Part shown: positions 51,517-62,250 of the stretch, one piece after another | Numbering within the stretch: position 1 is the stretch's first letter | Layout: each line of letters begins with the position of its first letter | DNA from: a virus | IMG/VR virus record: IMGVR_UViG_3300035701_000011 | Span: 33,146 to 97,145 of that record | Strand: one strand, 5' to 3' | Length of the DNA stretch: 64,000 nucleotides | The notes under the pieces: model-generated | The model's database searches: none | What the model was told of the DNA's origin: nothing | What the model saw: the letters and a program-made list of their open reading frames with translations, nothing else | Position numbers and translations under genes: made by a program

Positions 51517-52722
51517 TTATGCAAAAACTAATTCAGTTACGTCATCACTTATTTTTAAATTGTCTGATTCTAAATTACAGGTGCGAGCTTGATAAGCCTC
51601 AACATCCTGAGTTGTTCCAATGGTTGTAGGTGATAATCCTGTTATTAAATAACCTATTTTAATATCTCCTGTATGAGCTTTATTACCATAAATTAATATT
51701 TGCATTTGAATATTTTCAGCAAAATCTCTAGGATTAATATAAGGATAAGTAGTATCACTTGCCAAAATATCTTCAAGTGCAAAATCTTCAGCAAATCTAT
51801 TTAATGCTACTGTAACTGTTTTATTATTGACACCACGTTGCACAACTTCACTATTACCAATTTCTTTATAATCTGCTCTATCAAATGCGACATCAATACC
51901 AACCGATTGTAAACGATAGATTCTTGTACCAGTACTACCTACTTTTAATCTAATTTCACAATATTCGGCTAATAATAAATCAGAATCAGGTTCATTATCT
52001 GTCCATAAAGTAGTATATGCAGAAGCAGATTCATAATAAACTTTTATTATGTCTCCATTTACTCCACCAGTAACTGTTACTGTTGCTGGGGCAGCAAATG
52101 TATAATCAGTAGTTTCTACTAATTCTGTTACAACACCACTACGAACTCTCAAAACTCTAAGAATATAATCTCCAGAAGCATATTCTACAGGAACTGGGTC
52201 TAATACTATAACTGTAGATGCTCCTGCTGCTGTTGCTTTTTGAAAAGCAAGATATTTTCCATCTAACATTTTATAATCTTCACCAATGAGGTCAAAACTT
52301 CTTTCTATTGTTGCATCTGGGTCGCCAATATTAATAGAAAATCCATTAACTCTTAATCCAGGGAACCAAATAGTTCCTCTAAATGTAGCGTTGTCATCTG
52401 TTAAAAATGCAGCAATATCCATCTGTGTTTCAACTAAATCGTCTAAATCTATAGAATTATCTAAACCTCCCGAAGCAGGAGTTTCTTTGTTAGCTAAACA
52501 ATACCAAAAATCCATTGAACCATATTCAAACTGAGTTGCAGAATACGCAAATGAAGGGGTCGACTTTTTAAATCCTAACCTACCTACACGACCTATCTCA
52601 TACTTTTTTTCTCTATTAAGCGTTAAATCACCCGATAAATTCTGCAACCTATCAATCTGTTCGGGGTCTCGGTCATTGTTCCAGGGAAAAGCCCTGGGTT
52701 TACACATTTTCGCATGAAGCAT
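51517..52722 (-). CDS. Major tail (tube) protein
   Basis: Between tail-completion genes and chaperones; beta-rich; repeated EIG motif; strong RBS. Confidence 0.65.
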   Translation of the reverse strand: MLHAKMCKPRAFPWNNDRDPEQIDRLQNLSGDLTLNREKKYEIGRVGRLGFKKSTPSFAYSATQFEYGSMDFWYCLANKETPASGGLDNSIDLDDLVETQMDIAAFLTDDNATFRGTIWFPGLRVNGFSINIGDPDATIERSFDLIGEDYKMLDGKYLAFQKATAAGASTVIVLDPVPVEYASGDYILRVLRVRSGVVTELVETTDYTFAAPATVTVTGGVNGDIIKVYYESASAYTTLWTDNEPDSDLLLAEYCEIRLKVGSTGTRIYRLQSVGIDVAFDRADYKEIGNSEVVQRGVNNKTVTVALNRFAEDFALEDILASDTTYPYINPRDFAENIQMQILIYGNKAHTGDIKIGYLITGLSPTTIGTTQDVEAYQARTCNLESDNLKISDDVTELVFA

Positions 52723-52822
52723 AGTTTTAATCCTCCTTTGATTTGACTATGATTGGTTTCTCTTTCTCTTCATAGAAAGATTTAATTCTTCTTTTCATAC
52801 TTATTTTTTAATTCCATACTTA

Positions 52823-53374
52823 TTACTTTATCTTTTGTTTAGGTTTGCTTAAATTATCTTTTGCCCATAAGGGTTGAAGATTTGTATAACGGAAACATTT
52901 CTTCTGTTCACTTGGTTTACTAAGGTCAAAAGAAGCACAGGGTTTTATATGGTCTACATGCCATTTACCATAATTAGACCAAGTCATACCAGATTGAAAC
53001 TTAGATTGTAAATATTCTTTTAATCGTTCCACAGAACAACCGACTAATTTCATAGTAGTAGATGATTTGGGATTATTTTTTAATACCAAATATAATCTAG
53101 TTCTTAAATTGCATAAAATTTTAAAATTTATATTTGTAGACCTTTTAATTCTATAATATTTAGTTATTTTATTAAGTATAGATTTTTTATTTTTTAGATA
53201 GTATTTTTTCTTTTTAGCCAAAATTTGTTCTCTGTGAGTTTCATAATATTTTTTATCAACTTTAACACATTTTACTTTATTTATTTTTACATATTCTTTT
53301 CTTTGCAACAAAAGTTTAATTCTATTTTTTAAATAATAAGCCTTCTGATATTCTTGTTTATTAAATTTTTTCAT
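52823..53374 (-). mobile_element. Free-standing HNH homing endonuclease (family A)
   Basis: WHVDHIKPCASFDLSKPSEQKKCF...NLQPLW. Confidence 0.88.
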
Positions 53375-53383
53375 ATTATCTTT

Positions 53384-53590
53384 TTATTTTAATCTACCTT
53401 CGATAGTTGCTACTTTTTCTGCTACACCATCGAGTCTTTTATCCATATCATTAACTTTATTTTTTATTTCGGTTAAATCTTTTTGAACATGTTTTAAATC
53501 ATTACCCATTATTTTAACAAAGCAACAAGCAGAAACAATTAAAACAATAACATTTAATCCAAGTGATAAAAATGGAATTAAATTAATCAT
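53384..53590 (-). CDS. Small TM plus coiled-coil protein (holin/XhlA-like?)
   Basis: N-terminal TM helix followed by heptad repeats. Confidence 0.35.
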   Translation of the reverse strand: MINLIPFLSLGLNVIVLIVSACCFVKIMGNDLKHVQKDLTEIKNKVNDMDKRLDGVAEKVATIEGRLK

Positions 53591-53600
53591 AATTATCTCC

Positions 53601-54077
53601 TTAACTTAATGCAACTAAACATTCAAATTCGAAAATATGTCTAGATTTATCTTCTTTTTCTAAAATTTCTGTATTCACTAATTCTTTAGAATTTCTAAAC
53701 CATTTAGCAATTACTATTCTTCCTGCTAACGTTCCAACTGCCACGTTATTAGTAATAATATATGTATTATAATTTATATCATCTTCTAATAAATCAAATA
53801 ACCAATCACTTAAATCTAATCTCTGTCCATCATCAGATGCAAAAATTCTAATTTTAACAGTATAATATTTAATATTAGTTTTACTTCCTATTTCTTTTTT
53901 TTGTGGTCTAATTTCGAGTGCTTCTACTCCTATCATTGGAACTTTTCCTTTATAATCTTTAGGAAAACCTTTTTCTACCCTAATTCCAGTCCAAACTGGA
54001 GTAGCATGTGCTAATTGATAAGTAATAAAATCTAATAAAGACTTTTCTATATTTCTAGATATTCTATAATTTGCCAT
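53601..54077 (-). CDS. Tail terminator/completion protein
   Basis: Position and size. Confidence 0.5.
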   Translation of the reverse strand: MANYRISRNIEKSLLDFITYQLAHATPVWTGIRVEKGFPKDYKGKVPMIGVEALEIRPQKKEIGSKTNIKYYTVKIRIFASDDGQRLDLSDWLFDLLEDDINYNTYIITNNVAVGTLAGRIVIAKWFRNSKELVNTEILEKEDKSRHIFEFECLVALS

Positions 54078-54079
54078 TT

Positions 54080-54598
54080 TTATTTACTCGCTTGGGAGGC
54101 TCCGCCTAAAAATTTCTCTCCCCATTTTTCCATCATTGTTCTTAATTCTTTATCAAGATTACGAATGGATTTCCCAATGTAATCTATTCCAGTAATTGTG
54201 TGAGAAGACCCCTCTTTAAAAGTTATAAAACCACTTCCTGCATCTGCAAAATAAGTTGTAGGTACTATATGTGTTTTTTTTGTAATATAAGTAGCCCCAG
54301 CATCTATCATTTCCCAATAAGGGGCTTCTGTATTTAATGTAGAAATTCTACCAATACCAACTTCTACTCCACCAGTTGTTGATAATGTTTCGGCAATGAT
54401 GGCACTAACCAATTTATCATCTGGTCTTTTAGGATTTTTTCTTTCATTATTTATTGTATTCCGCATATTATCTGCGGTTCTATGTCCTAAAATTCTAACT
54501 TCTTCTTGTGCTTCTGCATAGATTAAATTATTTTCTATATATCTGATTAAATTATCAAATTTTTTGCCATCGACCCAATCTATAGTTATTTTAATCAT
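54080..54598 (-). CDS. Neck/tail-completion protein (HK97 gp10-like)
   Basis: APYWEMID.G motif; position. Confidence 0.5.
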   Translation of the reverse strand: MIKITIDWVDGKKFDNLIRYIENNLIYAEAQEEVRILGHRTADNMRNTINNERKNPKRPDDKLVSAIIAETLSTTGGVEVGIGRISTLNTEAPYWEMIDAGATYITKKTHIVPTTYFADAGSGFITFKEGSSHTITGIDYIGKSIRNLDKELRTMMEKWGEKFLGGASQASK

Positions 54599-54599
54599 A

Positions 54600-54980
54600 T
54601 TATTCTACTTTTTTTGCTAGAATCACAACTACATAATCTGGTCTTTCCAAAATAGCAAAACCTTTAGAATCATCTTTATAACATTTAAAATAATCATCCT
54701 TATATTTTATTTTATTTGCTGTTCTAAAAAGTGTTAAGTATTTTTTTTCAGCAATTACTTCGATTGACCCAACTGGGATGAGACCATAATATTTCCAATG
54801 TAATGCCTCAAAAGAAACTTGCCTTATTAATCCCTTTATAGGAATAGGATTCATATAAATTAAATCCGTTGTATGTTCAGTAGGGTCAGTTTCAATTTCT
54901 TTAGCTGCATAAACATAAAGAGTTGATAATTTTCCCTCATTTTTAAATAAATTAAATAAATCTATACGTTTCTCAGACAT
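54600..54980 (-). CDS. Head closure (stopper) protein
   Basis: Position; beta-rich, 126 aa. Confidence 0.5.
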   Translation of the reverse strand: MSEKRIDLFNLFKNEGKLSTLYVYAAKEIETDPTEHTTDLIYMNPIPIKGLIRQVSFEALHWKYYGLIPVGSIEVIAEKKYLTLFRTANKIKYKDDYFKCYKDDSKGFAILERPDYVVVILAKKVE

Positions 54981-54983
54981 TTA

Positions 54984-55802
54984 TTATTCCTCATCCTCGT
55001 CTTCAAGAACTGTAGTTTCTGATAAATCTATATAATCTAGTACTCCCATTGTTTTTTTAAATTGTCTTATAAATTTTTTAATTTTTACTTCCTTAGAATC
55101 TCCTCTTTCAAAAATCATTGTTAGTTCTGGAGTACGATATTGAACTATATCATCTTTAATAAGAATAGATGCAATAACTGCAATAAGATAAATTTCGGAT
55201 TGTGTAGGAGTAGGAAAAATTAAACTTGGCGGTTTTACTAAAAAACATTTATATTTCTCTATCGCCAAATAACTTATAGCACCTCTAATATGTCCTGATA
55301 ATTCTGTATCTGAATATTTTTCATAATAAGAATAATCTACTTCTAATGAATCTCCTACTACTAAAGTTCCTCCTATTGTTATTTTTCCTGTTGTCGTAGA
55401 ATAAACATAATTACTCCATGTACACGTTCCATTTGCTGTACCAGTATTTATACCTACGATTGTAAATGTATTGGCAGTTAATGTTGTTATTGTATAAGTT
55501 CCTAAAGGTAATCCTGCTGGAACACTAGAAGCAGTTATAGTTATTACATCTCCAGTAACAAGACCATGTGCTGTTTTTGTAATTGTAATAACTGTTCCTA
55601 CTCTGGTCCAATTTTCACTACTGCCAGTAACAGACCATAAAATTCCATTTTTATATACTAAAATTGTAGTTGAAGAAATGTTCGATTCGGTCAATGTAAA
55701 GATTTTGGAGGATATTATACTTTCGTATATAAATACATCTCTTCCTGTTGTGATAAGTAAATCTCCTATTAAATCTCTCGTTGCTAAAATTACATCATCC
55801 AT
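54984..55802 (-). CDS. Head-tail adaptor-like protein with an inserted beta domain
   Basis: RDLIGD N-terminus and YSDTEL segment flank a Thr-rich insert (AHGLVTGDVITI). Confidence 0.5.
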   Translation of the reverse strand: MDDVILATRDLIGDLLITTGRDVFIYESIISSKIFTLTESNISSTTILVYKNGILWSVTGSSENWTRVGTVITITKTAHGLVTGDVITITASSVPAGLPLGTYTITTLTANTFTIVGINTGTANGTCTWSNYVYSTTTGKITIGGTLVVGDSLEVDYSYYEKYSDTELSGHIRGAISYLAIEKYKCFLVKPPSLIFPTPTQSEIYLIAVIASILIKDDIVQYRTPELTMIFERGDSKEVKIKKFIRQFKKTMGVLDYIDLSETTVLEDEDEE

Positions 55803-55803
55803 G

Positions 55804-56376
55804 TTATTCTCCTCTTATATATTTAAAATATGCAAACCAATAATCTCTGCTACCATTTGTTTTTGCATGACAATTAGAGCATAATAAAATCAAATTATTT
55901 TCTTTACAGTTCTGTTTATTATAATCTATGTGATGAACACTTTTTCCTTTTTTATTACAAATTATACATTTATTATTAAATTTATTTCTAATTTTAATTC
56001 TTATCTCGAACCATTCTACAGGATATGGTAGATAACATTTTCCATGTATATAACCTGGAGATTTTTTACCATATCTGTGAATATTATACATTGGATTGCT
56101 TTTACCCTTATTATTTAATTTGCCTATCTTATGTAAATGAACATCGCTACAATGAATACATCTTTTTACATCGTGTCTGCTAATTTCTTTTTTACAATCT
56201 ATACAGTAATAAATTTTTAATGTTCTTCCATCAATATAACGTTGATGATTCTTAGGATTTTCAAATTGTTTTTTTGCTGCACAAGATTGACAGCGTTTTG
56301 TTCCATTATATTGAGCATTTTTACCTAATGGTTTGTTACAATCATCACAATATTTTTGTTTATGCCATTTAATCAT
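55804..56376 (-). mobile_element. Free-standing HNH endonuclease (family B, multi-Zn-finger)
   Basis: Several CxxC; VHHIDYNKQNC...NLILLCSNCHAKTN. Confidence 0.85.
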
Positions 56377-56377
56377 T

Positions 56378-56863
56378 TTAATATAATCTATGTTCTTCGT
56401 CTTTTAAATAATCATCTTTTGGAGTAATTTTAAATAATTGTTTTAAACCTTTTTTATAAAATAATAATTCTTTACCTCTATCACCGATTTTTATAAATCC
56501 AGTTTTAATTATCATAGTTGAAAGTGGATTTTCTTTTTTAAATTTAGCATATAAATCTTTTTCGAAATACGTCCAACGCAAAAATTTAAGCATATCGATA
56601 GTATATTTACTATTTTCTGCCAATAATTTCACATATGGACGAAACCCTTTATCTTTTACGATAATTAGTATGGCTTTTAATCCATTATTATCTAATCCAT
56701 ATATTTCTTGTTTTTTTAAAACTTCTTCTATCAAAGACCAATTATTTTTTAAAAAATGCCTTGCCTTATTTTTTGTCAGATAAAAATCTTCAAATTTGTC
56801 TGGTATACGAGAAAGAAATTCGTACATATCAATTTTATTTTGTATCTTTAATTTTTGAATCAT
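56378..56863 (-). CDS. Hypothetical protein, possible GNAT-like fold
   Basis: C-terminal N......K.GF pattern; weak. Confidence 0.35.
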   Translation of the reverse strand: MIQKLKIQNKIDMYEFLSRIPDKFEDFYLTKNKARHFLKNNWSLIEEVLKKQEIYGLDNNGLKAILIIVKDKGFRPYVKLLAENSKYTIDMLKFLRWTYFEKDLYAKFKKENPLSTMIIKTGFIKIGDRGKELLFYKKGLKQLFKITPKDDYLKDEEHRLY

Positions 56864-56902
56864 CCCCTCAACCTTTCTATTTTAGTGATATAATCTTTTT
56901 GG

Positions 56903-56930
56903 GAAGGGGAAAATTTTATTCTTCCCCTTC
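56903..56930 (-). terminator. Stem-loop after the major capsid gene
   Basis: GAAGGGGAA...TTCCCCTTC 9-bp stem; no clear minus-strand U-tract. Confidence 0.5.
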
Positions 56931-56949
56931 ATTTATATTAAACTAAATA

Positions 56950-57903
56950 TTATACACCTAACAAAATATCATCACTCCAACAAACAGCACGATAATTTGT
57001 TAATACCTGTATAATACTTTCATATCCGAATATACCATAACCCAATGTATTAAAACCAGCACCTGTAATATTAATGGGTGTAGGTGTTCTTGCAACGTCA
57101 ATTAAACGAACAGCACCTTCCGCAGCACCACTAAGTTGAGCAATTTCACCATTAAATTTTCTACGTAAGAAGGAAATAGGTCTACCAACAGCTAAATTAG
57201 AATTACGACCAACTAAAATTGCTGTTCCAGCAGCTATAACAGGATGTGTCGTACCAGCTAAACCAGAATCTCCAAGAACTTTTACTATTTTAACAATACC
57301 TAAATTTGTAATTTCTTCTTTAATCGACATCTTATAATTGAAATTATCAACGTTGTCTTTATCATATTTTTCGATAGTATCCATAACATCAGAAGCTACC
57401 AATAAAACGTAATCTGTCGCATAGTTAGAAATTTTTTGTTTCATCTTTATAATAGTATCAAGTATATCATCACCTGTAGTTGCTCCAGTAACTTCCTGAG
57501 AAGGTACTGCGATTATTAAAGCAAGAATTCTGCGAATTTCTTCACAATCCATAGCACGAATAATACCATCTTTCTTCGCAGCTAAAGCTGACTGGTCTTT
57601 AGAATTTAAAATCTCATCAATTAACACTACTTCTAACTTAGACTGCAATCCAACAAAGGTAAGAGGAAGTGCTGTCTGATTAGTTAAAACATGATATACT
57701 AAAGAACCATTCGCATCAGCAGCATAAATATTATCAACTTCTCTTTCATATGCACCACCAACTCTAAAATATTCAACTGTCTCGCCAGCTTCAGATTCTT
57801 TATAATTAACAATATCTGCTAACTCTACTGCACATTTTTGATTAGGGTCTATCGGTTCACTTATTAACTGATAGGCTCTCTCAATTACATCTTTTCTTTC
57901 CAT
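56950..57903 (-). CDS. Major capsid protein
   Basis: Follows protease/scaffold; 317 aa; strong RBS; followed by a hairpin. Confidence 0.65.
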   Translation of the reverse strand: MERKDVIERAYQLISEPIDPNQKCAVELADIVNYKESEAGETVEYFRVGGAYEREVDNIYAADANGSLVYHVLTNQTALPLTFVGLQSKLEVVLIDEILNSKDQSALAAKKDGIIRAMDCEEIRRILALIIAVPSQEVTGATTGDDILDTIIKMKQKISNYATDYVLLVASDVMDTIEKYDKDNVDNFNYKMSIKEEITNLGIVKIVKVLGDSGLAGTTHPVIAAGTAILVGRNSNLAVGRPISFLRRKFNGEIAQLSGAAEGAVRLIDVARTPTPINITGAGFNTLGYGIFGYESIIQVLTNYRAVCWSDDILLGV

Positions 57904-57973
57904 TTTTTATTTCTCCTTTATTTCATCTTTGTTTCTATCTTTTAAACTAATTCATTCCTTTATCTGAGGAATT

Positions 57974-59755
57974 TTATTTTTTATGTTTAGAAGCAATTAT
58001 TGCATTTATATTTTCTGCTTGCTTCTGTGTATCAGTTTTTGTTTTTACTTCAACAGTACCTACTGCCATTTCTTTTTTTACTTCAACTTCAGGAGGTTTT
58101 AACTCCGCAATCTCTTGGTCTTTTTTACCAAGTTCTTGTTTTATTATAGTTATTTCTTTATCTTTTTCGACTAAAATTCTTTCTTGTTCAGCTTTAAGAG
58201 TAGCAATTTCTGCATCCTTTTCGGCTTTTGCAGCATTTACTTTCTCTTCGACTTCTGCAAAATCAAATTTCTTTTTGATTTCTACTTCTGTTTCAACTTC
58301 ATCTTTTGTACCATCTTTATATTCAGTTATTGTTTTGGTATAACCTTTAACTTCCTGAGTACCAGATGGTGTACCATCGATATAAGTATCTATTCTTACT
58401 TCGCTGTAAATACTTGTAGTCTTAACTATTATTTTTGGCTCGATAACTTCTAAAGGTTGAGCTTCCTCTTTTTTCTCTTCTGGTTTCACTTCGGCTTCAG
58501 TTTTTACTTCTAGAGTTACTTCGACTTTCGGTTCTTCAATTTTCGTTTCAGCGACAACAGGAATTTCCTGTGCCTGGGTTTCGATTGGTTTCACTTCAGT
58601 CTTAGGTTCCTCAGAAGATTTTTCCAAAGCATCCTTGTGTCTTTCTAGGTGAGTACTTGCTTTTGCTTGTAAATCTTCAGCAGAAATCGAATCAGAAATT
58701 GGTTTAATCTGATTACATCTTGCTAAAGCATTTTTGTAATGAGGTAAATCTAAATTTGCATTAGATTTCTCTTTACCTAAATCACCTTCACCATTGTGAT
58801 GAGGAAGATGTCTGGCATTTTTATCTTCTGTCTTTTCTGGATAAGCAGGTTCAATTGCAGCAAATGCTGAATCTGGCAAACCATTAATAAATTTTTTGGT
58901 CCATTTTGCAGCATCTTCTGTTAATTTTGCTTTATCCTCATCAGAAGAATAATAAAATGCCATAGCTAATTCAAATGTAATCTCTTCTTCTTTTGTAACA
59001 TTAGCAAATAATTCAACTAACTCCATTTTGTTTTCCTCCTTATCTTTTATACAATTACATTTTCCACAATTTACGCAGATTGGTTCTTCTATAACCAAAG
59101 CTGCAAAAACTAAGTCTTGATTAAAGACTTCATTTGTTATCTTTTCTGCTTCATCTATTATTTTTTTATTGGCTGTAGCTAGTAATTTTTCTGCATATGC
59201 TTCTTTACATGCTGGAGTTTCGCCTTCAATAAGAATACCCACTCCATGATAAATTATCGGGTCGATTGATTTAATACCATTTCCTAAATCATGTAAAACA
59301 GAATTACCATTTTCATCTTTGTTCCATATCTCAAAGGAGACCGCCATTTTATTTCCTTTTACCATTTCTTTCATTTTTTCAAATTCTTCTGGAAATAAAG
59401 ATTTATATATTGCTATATAAGTAACAATTAAATCTTTTTCTAACTTTGCATCTAAAATCCACCCACATATATAATTCTTTCCTAAATGCGACCAGTTGGC
59501 TTGCTTTCCCACAAGTGTAGGAAGTGCTTTTTTAGCTGCTTCTTTAGGCAATACAATATTATTTCTGTTTGGAACATCTGTTCTTGCGTAAATTGTTTTT
59601 AGTATAGCTATATCTGGGCTGGGAACAACCAAATTCATTTTTTCTGCTATTTTTATAAGTTCAGAATCTTTTGATATTTCAATAAATTCACTTTTTGATT
59701 CTTTTGCTAAATCATAAAGATATTGAGCCAATATTTTCTTGTTACAATTTTTCAT
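57974..59755 (-). CDS. Prohead protease-scaffold fusion
   Basis: N.N, NWSH, G.I, VSFE protease-like motifs; acidic coiled-coil C-terminus. Confidence 0.65.
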   Translation of the reverse strand: MKNCNKKILAQYLYDLAKESKSEFIEISKDSELIKIAEKMNLVVPSPDIAILKTIYARTDVPNRNNIVLPKEAAKKALPTLVGKQANWSHLGKNYICGWILDAKLEKDLIVTYIAIYKSLFPEEFEKMKEMVKGNKMAVSFEIWNKDENGNSVLHDLGNGIKSIDPIIYHGVGILIEGETPACKEAYAEKLLATANKKIIDEAEKITNEVFNQDLVFAALVIEEPICVNCGKCNCIKDKEENKMELVELFANVTKEEEITFELAMAFYYSSDEDKAKLTEDAAKWTKKFINGLPDSAFAAIEPAYPEKTEDKNARHLPHHNGEGDLGKEKSNANLDLPHYKNALARCNQIKPISDSISAEDLQAKASTHLERHKDALEKSSEEPKTEVKPIETQAQEIPVVAETKIEEPKVEVTLEVKTEAEVKPEEKKEEAQPLEVIEPKIIVKTTSIYSEVRIDTYIDGTPSGTQEVKGYTKTITEYKDGTKDEVETEVEIKKKFDFAEVEEKVNAAKAEKDAEIATLKAEQERILVEKDKEITIIKQELGKKDQEIAELKPPEVEVKKEMAVGTVEVKTKTDTQKQAENINAIIASKHKK

Positions 59756-60488
59756 TTTTATAAACCTCCAATTTTTCTATATAATATTTTTGCCAATAAT
59801 CACGATTATGATTGACTCTTAAATTACATTGTTCACATAATGTTATTAAATTATCTTTAGAACAATTATTTTTATTATAGTCTATATGATGCACAGGTAA
59901 TTCTATTCCTCTGACTATAAGGTGCTCTTCTTCGGTCATACCGCAATTCTGACAAGTATAATCGTCTCTTTTACGAATTAATTCTTTTAAATTATCATTA
60001 AATTCGTTAGGATATGGTGCATTTGCTTGACCATGTATGAAACTGTGGTGATTTTTTCCAAAATTATGTTTTCTATAACATTCATTGCATCTTCCATCTA
60101 CGGTAGTATAAGAACTTAATCTTTTTCCACAATCTTTGCATTTCGGTTTACCACCTTTAAAATTTGGATGGTTATCACCTGTATTAAATTTATTCCAACA
60201 TTTTCTACATCTTTTAGTTCCAACTTTCCAAGAAGAATAACTTATTTCTTTAGTTTTACAATCTATACAATAATATTTTTTAAATGTACTACCGTCTTTA
60301 TAAGCAGGATTATTTTCTTTTTCTTGAATTCCTTGATGCGATTCTGAATTAGAACGAATTTTAATCCCATATTTTTTCATAGTGTATGTTAATTTATGTC
60401 TACTAATTCCCAAAGAATTAGCAATAATTACTAATGTTTTTCTTTTTGTTATATATTCTTTTTGTAGAAATTTTTTAGTTATTTTCAT
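59742..60488 (-). mobile_element. Free-standing HNH endonuclease (family B)
   Basis: HTH N-terminus, CxxC modules, IRKRDDYTCQNCG, VHHIDYNKNNC...NLITLC. Confidence 0.85.
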
Positions 60489-62133
60489 TTATTATTTCCG
60501 ATTTAACCCACTTGTCGCCTACTTTTTTATAACCGTGCTTTTTTAACCAACGTTTCATTGCCGACCAAGCTACTGGAAATGCGTAATCTTCTCCTTTGGG
60601 TAATGATTTATTAAAAACTTGTATAAAAACTTCTTGAGCACCTTTAGGATATTTCTTTAAAAATGCTGGAGGATTATCTTTATCATAAGGAGCAATTATT
60701 AAATCATCTGCTAAACTAGCAGTTTTATTTTTTGTTTCAGGTGTATTTTTCTTTTTATTTTGGTCTTCTAATTTAGTTGTGTCTTTAGGTTTTGCTGGAA
60801 TTCCCATTCTATCAGGAATGTCTTCTCTATTCTGAATTAGATGAGGATAGAATAAATCTTCATCACCATTTTCTAATTCTTTTTGTCGTCTTTCTTTTTC
60901 AGTTATTGGGTCTAATCCTAATATTTCTTGATATGTCTGAATACTCATTGAACCTCTATCGAATCCACTTCTTAAATCTGCGAGTAAATTTTCTACATTA
61001 ATCCTAAGTGGACTATTTACAATAATAATATTACCCTTATCACTAAATAGTTTTTTATGAGCATTTTTATTTCTTTCTTCTATTAAATATATTGCTTCTA
61101 ATAAAATTCCTTTAAATCCTTCTACTCCTTCATTAACTTCAGAAATAAATGCTTTGGGATTTAATCTTGATTCTTGTCTTGAAGGACTTATTTCAAGCAT
61201 ATCGATAAAACCGAGACCTGCTAAAATAGAACGATAACCCTGACGATATAAATCTTCTGCTAAAATTTTACTCAAATCAGGAATTAAGTGGTCATATTTT
61301 GTATCAAATGTATCGGCTAAAAATGGTGTTTTTCCTTTTTCACTTTTATATTTTTTAATTTGTTCTTTCCAACTTTCAGCTAATTCTTTTAATTCATCAT
61401 CTCCCCAATCGATTCCTGCTTGAGATAATTCTGGAGAACCTTTTTGAATTAAAAATAAATAAGGTAAAATCTTAGAAATAACTTCATCAGATTTATCTTG
61501 TAATGTTTTCATTCCTAACCAATTTTTATAAACACCTTTTCTAATTAAATAAGGTGTAGCATATTCATCAAACCAACGATTATAAGGTTTTTGCACAATT
61601 ATTTCTTCATTTTCAGTTCCAGGAATTCCTATTTTATTTGCTTCATCTAAATAATATTTATCACTACCTAATTTATAATTTGGGTCTTTTGGTCTTGCTA
61701 CATAAATAGACCCACCATTAACAAACCACATTGTGGTTGGAACTTCTATTGTAACATTATCTACTGAAATTTTTTCCCAACCAGAAACTCTCAAAATACA
61801 AAAAGAAGAACCTTCCCATCTCTCTTTGAAATATTCTTTGGAAAGGGCTTGTAATCCAGTTGGAATTCCTTTAATTTCTATATTTATATCTTCCAACCAA
61901 ATATTTAATAATTTTTGGAGAGTACTTTCAGAACATTCTACTCTATATTTGGCTTCTGATGCAGAATTAACTGCATAATCCAAAATACTATTTATTGTTC
62001 CTGAAATATCAGAATCCAACATCTCTTTAATTTTGGAACATCTATCGTGATAATCGGAAGGAACTGAAATACCTCCACTTTCAAATAAATAATTTAAAAA
62101 TTTTTGAAAATAACCACCCAATGCATCTGCCAT
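60475..62133 (-). CDS. Portal protein with a C-terminal ChaB-like domain
   Basis: Upstream of protease and capsid; G.MS..T..E.LG...E.ERR crown pattern; ChaB-like tail. Confidence 0.7.
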   Translation of the reverse strand: MADALGGYFQKFLNYLFESGGISVPSDYHDRCSKIKEMLDSDISGTINSILDYAVNSASEAKYRVECSESTLQKLLNIWLEDINIEIKGIPTGLQALSKEYFKERWEGSSFCILRVSGWEKISVDNVTIEVPTTMWFVNGGSIYVARPKDPNYKLGSDKYYLDEANKIGIPGTENEEIIVQKPYNRWFDEYATPYLIRKGVYKNWLGMKTLQDKSDEVISKILPYLFLIQKGSPELSQAGIDWGDDELKELAESWKEQIKKYKSEKGKTPFLADTFDTKYDHLIPDLSKILAEDLYRQGYRSILAGLGFIDMLEISPSRQESRLNPKAFISEVNEGVEGFKGILLEAIYLIEERNKNAHKKLFSDKGNIIIVNSPLRINVENLLADLRSGFDRGSMSIQTYQEILGLDPITEKERRQKELENGDEDLFYPHLIQNREDIPDRMGIPAKPKDTTKLEDQNKKKNTPETKNKTASLADDLIIAPYDKDNPPAFLKKYPKGAQEVFIQVFNKSLPKGEDYAFPVAWSAMKRWLKKHGYKKVGDKWVKSEIINENN

Positions 62134-62250
62134 CGCCTACTCCTTTTCTATAAAATATTTATTCATTTTTATACTAATATAATTCTTTTTCTTGGAATAA
62201 GAGCATACATATTATCTATATAAAAAGTATTATCTGCATCAGCATCCATT

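Noticed and set aside
10405-52701. Recurrent GCCCTGGGTTT 11-mer (near 10405 and 52691)
   Set aside because: Only two exact copies, both in coding sequence; chance cannot be excluded.
62168-62249. 26-aa ORF MDADADNTFYIDNM... as a remnant of a tail-fibre gene
   Set aside because: Too short to support without a search.
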